A stretch of DNA of 64,000 nt from Flectonema sp. DT1601 (taxonomy: Eukaryota): the NCBI GenBank assembly GCA_964019425.1, contig OZ025786.1, forward strand, positions 248,001 to 312,000, written 5' to 3'. The translations under genes were made by a program, and so were the position numbers. The stretch's first letter is position 1; the number at the start of each line of letters is the position of its first letter. A model generated the notes under the pieces. The model made no database searches. It was not told the origin of the DNA and saw nothing but the letters and a program-made list of their open reading frames with translations. Of the stretch, positions 56,201-64,000 are shown one piece after another.

Positions 56201-58705
56201 TGCACCGGTAGCAACCACCACTAATCACAAGGCTGACACAACTGCACCAGCAACAACCGCGGATCACAAAGACACAGCAGCACCAGCAACCGCCACCGCT
56301 GATCACAAAGAGACAGCCGCGCCAGCAACTGCTACTGTTGATCATAAGGCTGACACACCTGCACCACCAACAACCGCCGATCACAAAGACACAGCTGCAC
56401 CAGCAAGTGCTACTGCTGACCACAAGGCTGACACAGCAGCACCAGCAACTGCCACCGCCGATCACAAAGACACAGTAGCAACAGCAACTGCTAATACTGA
56501 TCACAAGGCTGACACACCTGCAGCAACAATCGCCGATCACAAAGACACAGCTGCACCAGCAGCAACGGCCACTGATCATAAGGCTGACACAGCAGCACCA
56601 GCAACTGCTACTGCTGATCACAAAGACACAACTGCACCAGCAGTAACTGCCACCGCTGATCATAAAGACACAGCAGCACCTGCAACTGCTACTGCTGATC
56701 ATAAGGCCGACGCAGCACCAGCAACAACCGCCGCTGATCATAAGGCCGACGCAGCACCAGCAACTGCCACTGCTGATCACAAAGACACAACTGTACCACC
56801 AGCAACAGCCACTGCTCACAAGGCTGATGCGGTTACCGTCGGCAGTCACAAAGCAGACGGTGTTGCAGCACCAACAGCAACTACCACACATCACAAAGCT
56901 GACTCTAATGCAATTAATAATCATAATACAAGTAGTGGTATAGAGACGTCAACTCACAAAGGAGCTGGTACCGCTGTGAGTGACGCAGCCGGAGGAAGTG
57001 TTGATGTGTCAAAGCATGGCATTGGTCACTCTGATGTGAAGGTATGTGATGTCAAAGTTATTAGTGAGAAGAACTACTTAAGAGATTTGATGTTTATTGA
57101 AATTTAGTAAAAAGGAAAAAAATAACAACAGAACGCACACACTGATGTAAGTACCAATGGTCACGAAGCCGCGACTGCCAACACGACTCATGAGGGCAGC
57201 ACTACCGCTTCTCAAGTCTTCGCAAATAGAACACAGATCGCTGAAATAACAAAAATGGCTGAACAAACTGCAAAAGTTGCCTCTCACGCAGAGAAAGTTG
57301 CTTTGCAAGCCGCACAAGACACGAAGGAGGCGCTTAATGTTTGTTTTATTTTACTTTAGTATGAGTACCCCGCCAGTGATGGGCCACCCTATTATGACGG
57401 GGAGTGTTCTAAAAACAAAAACGAGCAACGCAATGAAAACAAATTAATATTAAAACAGTTTGCTCACAAGGCTGAGAAAATGGCTGATGAAGCAGCTGAC
57501 AACGCTCTAAAGGCAAAGCATTCAGCAATCTCAACACATGAAAGGATTAGAGATGTTGATACGCAGGTATGTCTAATCTGATCAGGTAGCTGTATTACTA
57601 AAGCTCACGCTTCAAATCACAATTGATTATAACAACACAGGCTCATCATGCCAAAGATGCTGCAGCGACAGCAGTAAAGGCAGCGACCACCGCGATGGAT
57701 GCCGCCAAACACGCCGAATCAATTTCTGTTTCTGCTGATAAGGCAGCCGTAGATGCCAAACAAGACGTCAGCACTATGCGTCATGAAGCAGCAAAGGCCG
57801 CAATAAAATACAATCCTCAGGTAGCTGAAGCTAGGAACGCCCTACGAATGGCTCACAAGGCGGAGTCTCACGCGGCTGCTGCACTTACTGAAGCGAAAGC
57901 TGAGGCGAGACACGCAATCCCTGATGCTGTCTCACAAGCACCCAAGGAGAATGGTGGCGTCCACAACACGACTGCAGCCGTCGCGAAAACTGCTGCTGTC
58001 GATTCCAACCCGACATCTCACTCAGTGAAATCAACAACTACGACTCCAAGTACCTCACAACCTGTTCATGGGGGTTCTACAGCAGCTACTTCACAACACG
58101 TTATCGCTGGTGACTCAGCTGCTCCAACGTCTGTGACAGCAGTAACAGATGGAAGTGGTTCGCACCACAAAACTATCTCAGCGGGTGTTATATCAGCTGA
58201 ACACAAACCTTCAGCATCTCATTCCTCAAGTACTTCAACTACAACAGTTAATACATCATCAAATCACACAACTGGAACTGAAGGAGTAACATCAACACAT
58301 TCTGCGTCTCATGACAGCAGTGCAGCGTCTGGTAATCATTCAGTCCTGGCGGTACCAACATCAGTTTTAAACCACGTTGGTAGTAGTAACTCTGCTGCGA
58401 GTGGTAGCGGCCTCTCATCGTCACTTCCTGCAGCGGGGTCAAAGGCCGCTGATTTGAGCCATCATGGGCTTGGTAGTTCAAGTGGTCAAATAGCGAAAGC
58501 TGCCGCAGTTGCGCACGCGCCTGTTGCGCATAGTACGAGTTCGAGTCATTTACATCATTATACACCTCCAGTGACTGACACGAGTCACCACAGTGCTCTG
58601 GCGCAGTCAGGTGGGAAACTGGCGATTGCTGCGGTAGCGGCAGCGAATGCGATGGCTTCTAAGAAACGAGACCCTAAAACAGGTCTCGGTATTGGAAGGA
58701 AATAA
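50277..58705 (+). CDS. Giant Ala/Thr-rich DHK-repeat protein, 4 exons: 50277-57041, 57132-57338, 57459-57566, 57641-58705, ~2714 aa
   Basis: 6.8 kb open frame. Three phase-0 GT-AG introns (57042-57131, 57339-57458, 57567-57640) link it to an Ala-rich helical segment and a Ser/His-rich tail. Confidence 0.85.
50580..56830 (+). repeat. Coding minisatellite, ~33-45 nt units (gatcacaaagacacagc../gatcacaaggctgacac..), with higher-order block duplication
   Basis: Units encode DHK(A)DT(A/T)APAT(AT)(A/T). Rare variants recur at offsets of 2382 and 3156 nt. Confidence 0.97.
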
Positions 58706-59338
58706 ACCGTTTTCATTGCTAACAGTTCGCAGATAAAGATCTAGTTACTGGATGATTAACATCCTGACACGTGTTTTACCCAGAATTGGGATATCGAGAC
58801 CGACTTTTGTTATTACGTACTACACTTTTGTCACCGGCATTGCTGTCATTCATTGACTGAGCTTTTTACACGTCGGAACTCTTTTTTCCCCATTACCCTT
58901 CCCCTTTTTTATTCGCCGTATTGTTTGAGTGTTTTATCCCGTCTATCGACTGACACGTAGTGATTGTGATTACAACACAACTAAGATGGAATATTTTAAA
59001 AAAAATAAAATAGTAGTGATTTCTCTGTGATACCGTTTCATTGATTACTTGTTACACGAGGCGCACAGCGGTACGATATTTGAAACCATCAACCGCAAAC
59101 ATTTTAGTTTTTTATGCGCGTTTTACACATTTTTTTTTCCCCCTCCTCTTTTTTTTTTTTTATGTTATTCGTTCGTTGATCGCGTTGTTATTTATTTAAT
59201 TTTTGATTTAAAAAAAAAAAAAAAAAAATTAAACCAATAGCGCGAACTTTTTTCATGTGTAATCGGTATAAATAAGCAACTGTTTCTAATTTACTTTCTT
59301 TCTTTACTAATTTAATATTTACTTCACAGTGAGCAGCA

Positions 59339-59986
59339 ATGACGAGTACCTTTATATGTGCTGGCTGCCGTACTCTTTTGGTGTGTAGTTCTGATCATAC
59401 AGATTATCGTTGTAATAATTTACGCATAGTCAAAAAATATTAAAAAAAAAAAAAAAAAAAAAACAGAAATACCCTGGAGGTTCATGTTTAGTGTCCTGTA
59501 GTGAGTGTGGTGTGGTTAGTAATGTTGTGAGTTCTGAGGTGCAGAAAGTTCAGATTGCTTGTATTGGTTGTAAAGGTGTTCTTCAATTCCCAATTGAAAC
59601 CCAAATCGGAACTTGTCCAATTTGCAGCGCCGTTTTTCAAATTCAAACAAACAATCTGACTAGTCCACGAGAAAATGGAGGAGACACACCTACAGAACCT
59701 CCAAAAAGACCGACCACAGCCTCAACACGAACAGCCTCAAAAATTGATTCAGCACATGAAAATTCAAAACCAGAAGCTGGGGAGTTCCTTTCCTCTGCAA
59801 CAATTAACGATGGTGTGGTATGTAATCGACTATTAGGTATTGGAAAAAAAAAAAAAAAAAATGAAAAAAAGTTATTTTCACAATCAGGTTGAAGAATGCA
59901 CGAGATTAGCTGAAGAGTTCAATGAGGTGACGGCAATCCATGATGCGAAAATCAAGGCAAAAAAGCAACGTCAATATATAGATTAA
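59339..59986 (+). CDS. LSD1-type zinc-finger protein, 3 exons: 59339-59380, 59467-59817, 59888-59986, ~163 aa
   Basis: Spliced CAGCRTLL|KYPGGSCLVSCSEC fits CxxCRxxLxYxxGAxxVxCxxC. Second finger CIGCKGVLQFP..CPIC. Confidence 0.8.
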
Positions 59987-60416
59987 TAATGTGAGCGAAA
60001 ATACAACGATCCAATCGTCTGTTGTTCGCCAGGGAATTTCTCTTTTTTCGTATATTTTCCAATTACGATTTCCTCTTCCTTGAAATGTACAACTACTTAC
60101 TTGGGTTTGATTGTTCTTATTTATTATCTTTTTTTTTTTTGTATTTTATTTTTTCTTTAAATGTTTCATTTCCTCCGCTGATTAGCAGGAAAGCTATCTC
60201 AATAACACATCTCTACTCTAACTCTGGTGTATGCTGCGATCTTTTATACCAATTGAAAGAAAAGAAATAAAAAAAAAAAAAAGAAAATTACATACTTATC
60301 GCAGCCTTGTAATTTAATGCCTTCATCCTTGAATTGGGCTTACTACTACTACTACAACTAAATGGCCTCATTACTTTAATTATTATTTTCGTCATATTAC
60401 GTTAATCTGGTTTGAC

Positions 60417-60566
60417 AGTTGTGGAAATTGAACTAAAGATAGCAAAACGTTGACTTACTTATTTATTCTTGTTTTCAGGTTTAATATATTGTTTTGAAGC
60501 AATGCAGACTCTGCAACCATAGTAGGTAAACGTTACACTGTTAGTTGTGAAAATTGAGCTAAAGAC
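60417..60566 (+). repeat. Short direct repeat (~24 bp, 60417-60440 and 60543-60566)
   Basis: agttgtggaaattgaactaaagat versus agttgtgaaaattgagctaaagac. Confidence 0.65.
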
Positions 60567-60705
60567 ATTGACGTTTCCCATCCATGTTCTTGTTTCGACA
60601 GTCATATTGTGTTGTTCTATTTAGTGGGATGCAACTGTTTCAATCGGGTTTTTTTTATATTATTTTTAAAAAAAAAAAAAGCTTATCATCACACATTCAC
60701 AAAAA

Positions 60706-62217
60706 ATGGATACTCTTGAACCAATGTTGCAGGGACTCCGCAAGCAGTTCGAAAGTGGAAAAACCCGCAGCTACGACTGGAGAAAGGCACAGCTTGAGAG
60801 GGTTTTAGACATGGTTGAGATCGAACACGAGAAGATTACTAGCACTGTTAGAATGGATCATGGTGGACCTAAGTTGAGAGGTTTAGGAGAAATTGGATGC
60901 CATAAGGGAGCTGAATTCGCTCTGTCCAACCTAAAGACTTGGATGGCTGACACTAAAGTACCAACTCCATTCGATGCTTCCCCAACACGAATGGGATCAT
61001 CATGGGTACGTAATGAACCAAAGGGAGTTGTGTTAATCATCGCTCCTTGGAATTACCCATTAGAGTTAGTTCTGACTCCTCTTGTATCTGCTATCGCAGC
61101 AGGTAACTGTGTTGTTGTTAAGCCATCTGAGGTTTCAAGTAACTCAGCAGTTCTAATTGAAGAGTTAATTAATAAATATTTAGACACTAGTTGTATTAAA
61201 GTAGTTCAGGGTTCTATCCCAGAAACTACTGCTCTTCTAAAGCTTCAATGGGATCATATTATGTACACTGGAAACGGATTTGTTGGTAAAATTGTAATGA
61301 GAGCTGCTGCAGAGCACCTCACACCTGTAACTCTTGAACTTGGTGGTAAGTCACCAGTTATTGTTGACAAGAGTGCTAAGATTGATACCGTTGTGTCGAG
61401 AGTAAACGGAGCAAAGTGGTTTAACGTTGGTCAGACATGTATCGCTCCTGACTACGTCCTTGTCCACAAGGACCTTGAGGAAGAGTTCTTCAGAAAGATT
61501 AAGATCTCTCTGGAAAAGAGTTACGGAGAAGACGCATCAGGTGATGCGAATTACGGAAAGATTATCAACGCCAATCATATTAACCGTTTGAAGTCAATGT
61601 TGGACAAGTCTTCTGGAAAAATCATCACCTCCACAATCGCTGAAGTGAATACTGAGAAGAGATTCTTTCCTCCAACCATCGTTCACCATGACAAGAACAA
61701 ACTTGACGAACCACTCTTGCAGGAGGAGATCTTTGGACCAATCCTCCCGTGTATCACTATTGACAGCGTCGAAGAAGGAATTGAAATCGTAAAGAAGATC
61801 TGTTCAAAGCCTTTGGCGTTGTACGTCTTCAGTGAGGATTCAAAGGTTGTTGCAAATGTATTGGGCAACACTCAATCAGGAGGTGCTTGTGTTAATACTT
61901 GCATTGAACACTTTATGAACATTCATCTTCCTTTTGGTGGTATTGGACCTTCAGGTTTTGGAGCCTGTCACGGAAAGTTCGGATTCGAAGACTTCAGTCA
62001 CCGTCGTTCATGCTTCAAGCAGGACACCCTTATTAAGAAGGATGCTAACTTACCTCCTCCAGAGCAGTGCAGCGACAAGATGTACGATATTCTTATTAAG
62101 ATTCTTGTTACTGGTTTCGTTCCAAGAAAAAGCAGAACAATTGTTCGTCAGGCTCTCTTTGGTTTATTCTTATGTCTTGGATTTTATGTTATTAAGAACG
62201 TTGTTCTTCGCGTATGA
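60706..62217 (+). CDS. ALDH3: Aldehyde dehydrogenase family 3 (fatty/coniferyl aldehyde type) with C-terminal TM anchor, 503 aa
   Basis: PWNYP, KPSE, YTGNG, LELGGKSP, GQTCIAPDY, EEIFGPILP, PFGGIGPSG. Confidence 0.96.
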   Translation: MDTLEPMLQGLRKQFESGKTRSYDWRKAQLERVLDMVEIEHEKITSTVRMDHGGPKLRGLGEIGCHKGAEFALSNLKTWMADTKVPTPFDASPTRMGSSWVRNEPKGVVLIIAPWNYPLELVLTPLVSAIAAGNCVVVKPSEVSSNSAVLIEELINKYLDTSCIKVVQGSIPETTALLKLQWDHIMYTGNGFVGKIVMRAAAEHLTPVTLELGGKSPVIVDKSAKIDTVVSRVNGAKWFNVGQTCIAPDYVLVHKDLEEEFFRKIKISLEKSYGEDASGDANYGKIINANHINRLKSMLDKSSGKIITSTIAEVNTEKRFFPPTIVHHDKNKLDEPLLQEEIFGPILPCITIDSVEEGIEIVKKICSKPLALYVFSEDSKVVANVLGNTQSGGACVNTCIEHFMNIHLPFGGIGPSGFGACHGKFGFEDFSHRRSCFKQDTLIKKDANLPPPEQCSDKMYDILIKILVTGFVPRKSRTIVRQALFGLFLCLGFYVIKNVVLRV

Positions 62218-63160
62218 TGTTCATATTGATTTTTACGGATTGTCTGCGGCTAGGTTTTAGCTGTGATTTACTTATAAAACAAAGGAAGTATACAAAAGCA
62301 ATAACCCGCAATGACAAAAGATCAAGTCACCTTTAAGTTTCAAAAATAAGAGTGCTATATTTCGTGTTTGTCTGCGACTGTGTGACTGTTTTTTTTTTCT
62401 TCCCCCATTCTCCTCTCTGCCATGGTTTCTGACAGCTACATCGTTCCCGTGTAGACTGCACTGGTGGGTTCATGCTTTGTTGTGGTTGTTATTGCCCACT
62501 CTTTTTATTTTCCTTCCCTCCCTTTTCTCCCGATTTTATTCTTTCATCTTGCCACAGTTATTGGATCGTATTCCCACTACTGAGCCCCAGCAATTTGTCC
62601 GCCAATTGGCAAAAACAGAAAAAAATGACTTGCTTTTATTGTTTGTTTCCCACTAAAGGTAGGCAAACAATAGGAATTGGTATCCTTCGTGAAGTCGTAT
62701 GCAAGGTGTGTTTGAATTACACACACTACGGTCGTATTTTCCCCCCCCTTTTTTTTTTAAAACCTCACACGGAGGCAAAGGTATCACAGCAAAATGAGAA
62801 CATAAAAAAACAAAAAAGAAAAAAAAAAACTCTTGGGTCTTGTCCCTTGGGGTCTCGTCTTTGTATTGTTTGAGATTAGTGCCTTTTCCCGTTTCCCCTC
62901 TCTCTTCACATTTAAGGAAGAAAACCACTTCTAACACCTACACCAGGGTGTAGATCTGCAATGTCATTGTATGCATGAACAAGTGGATCAAAAAACCAAA
63001 CATACAATTTAAAAAAAAAAAAAAAAAAAGAAGAAGGGAAGAAAAAAAATTATAAATAAAAAAGGATAGTAAAAGCGCAATAATCAAACGATTGCATTGA
63101 ATTCATTTTATTTATTTTATTTTATTTTATTTTAAATCTTTTCCTCCCTACCTGACAGAG

Positions 63161-64000
63161 ATGTTGGAATTACAACTTAATAAGACAGGGAAGTATGAGA
63201 GCAAAGATAAGAACGGAGTCTGGTGGGTGGTAACCCTTACGAAAAACTTAGGTAGTGGAACATATCAGGCGAAAGTTCATGATGGAGTTGGAAGGATATG
63301 GCCTAAGGTTTACGAAAGCAATATAAGAGAAGCGCGGTCGCGAACACCTCCAATTATGCCAGACGTTGTGTGGGATTGTGATAAACCAGAAATTATTATT
63401 AATAAATCGTTGAAAAATCCGGTGAGGATATCTCAACCTGATAACGGCAGTGTAGGAGTCTTGGTAACAACAACTTCTCTTCCGGAACCTCAGACGTTCT
63501 CAAATGTTTTTAAAATTACTCCAACTAAGTCAAGAGCGTATCTAATATTCCAAGACGAGGAGATGCCTGAAGACGTCGAAGATGATGACTTCGTCCCATC
63601 TGAACTTCATTTTAAATTAGCAATGCCTGTCCCACAACATAGTATTTATCCAATCCTACGTCAGATGGCAGATGTTTGCGAAGCAGGACACAATTTCGGT
63701 GATGAACTACCGGACGTCTTAGAAGTATGGGAAAAACAAAAGTCTAAACAAGGACTATACTACTGGCATAACACTGAAACTAAAATGAACGCTTGGAAAG
63801 AGCCTTCTGAAGAGTTTAAAGAAGCTGTTTTTGAACGACAACTCCAACGAGCCATGGATGCCTCAGTAGCAAATGGATTACCTCGTGACGCTTCGGAAAC
63901 AGCTGCTGAACGTAATCGGCTTTTAGAAAAATTAAAGCAAACGGGATACAAAGAGGTTGAAGTAGGTGGTGATGGGAACTGTCAGTTTCGTTCTCTTGCG
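63161..64000 (+). CDS. OTU-family deubiquitinase-like protein with WW domain and UIM-like helix, 3' truncated by window end
   Basis: Open frame from ATG 63161 to the window end (absent from the ORF track). WEKQKSKQGLYYWHNTETKMNAWKEP (WW), ERQLQRAMDAS (UIM-like), VGGDGNCQFRSLA (OTU Cys motif). Confidence 0.85.
   Translation, partial: MLELQLNKTGKYESKDKNGVWWVVTLTKNLGSGTYQAKVHDGVGRIWPKVYESNIREARSRTPPIMPDVVWDCDKPEIIINKSLKNPVRISQPDNGSVGVLVTTTSLPEPQTFSNVFKITPTKSRAYLIFQDEEMPEDVEDDDFVPSELHFKLAMPVPQHSIYPILRQMADVCEAGHNFGDELPDVLEVWEKQKSKQGLYYWHNTETKMNAWKEPSEEFKEAVFERQLQRAMDASVANGLPRDASETAAERNRLLEKLKQTGYKEVEVGGDGNCQFRSLA

Noticed and set aside
50490..56924. Cys-rich minus-strand ORFs and Q/L-rich alternative-frame ORFs
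   Set aside because: By-products of the DHK minisatellite; only one frame stays open throughout and links to unique sequence.
148..64000. Frameshifts, pseudogenes or stop-codon reassignment to explain split ORFs
   Set aside because: Every split is resolved by a GT-AG intron, and TAA, TAG and TGA all end genes.
1..64000. tRNA, SL RNA, snRNA genes or transposase/RT ORFs
   Set aside because: None recognised by eye; a covariance-model scan would be needed to exclude divergent ones.

Overview
AT-rich eukaryotic genomic DNA with about 25 protein-coding genes, all on the + strand. The 17 GT-AG introns I could reconstruct are short (donor mostly GTATGT, acceptor mostly ACAG after an A/C-rich tract). 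The one-strand layout, pyrimidine-rich AG sites just upstream of start codons, a BILBO1-type domain and single-hairpin AGA-box RNAs point to a euglenozoan, most likely a diplonemid (inference). Recognisable products: dynamin-related GTPase, SAM-methyltransferase-like protein, ubiquitin-like/ankyrin protein, CaMK-type kinase with LRRs, Na+/Ca2+ exchanger, dual-specificity phosphatase, RNR small subunit, giant beta-helix protein, PPR-like protein, pseudo-metacaspase, sirtuin, HMG-box protein, TFIIIC-subunit-6-like protein, ArfGAP-fold protein, a ~2700 aa DHK-repeat protein, LSD1-type zinc-finger protein, ALDH3 and a truncated OTU protein. The most interesting signals lie in the first 9 kb: (1) a protein that appears to fuse TrmY-like SPOUT (m1-pseudouridine methyltransferase) domains, an OB fold and a catalytically altered RluA-type pseudouridine synthase; (2) three ~70-nt AGA-box pseudouridylation-guide-like hairpins in one intron; (3) a ~100-nt piece of LSU rRNA domain V inside a dynamin intron; (4) a small inverted-repeat element present twice. 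Across the window, introns have T-rich 5' ends and A-rich 3' ends. All family calls come from motif recognition by eye; no searches were run.
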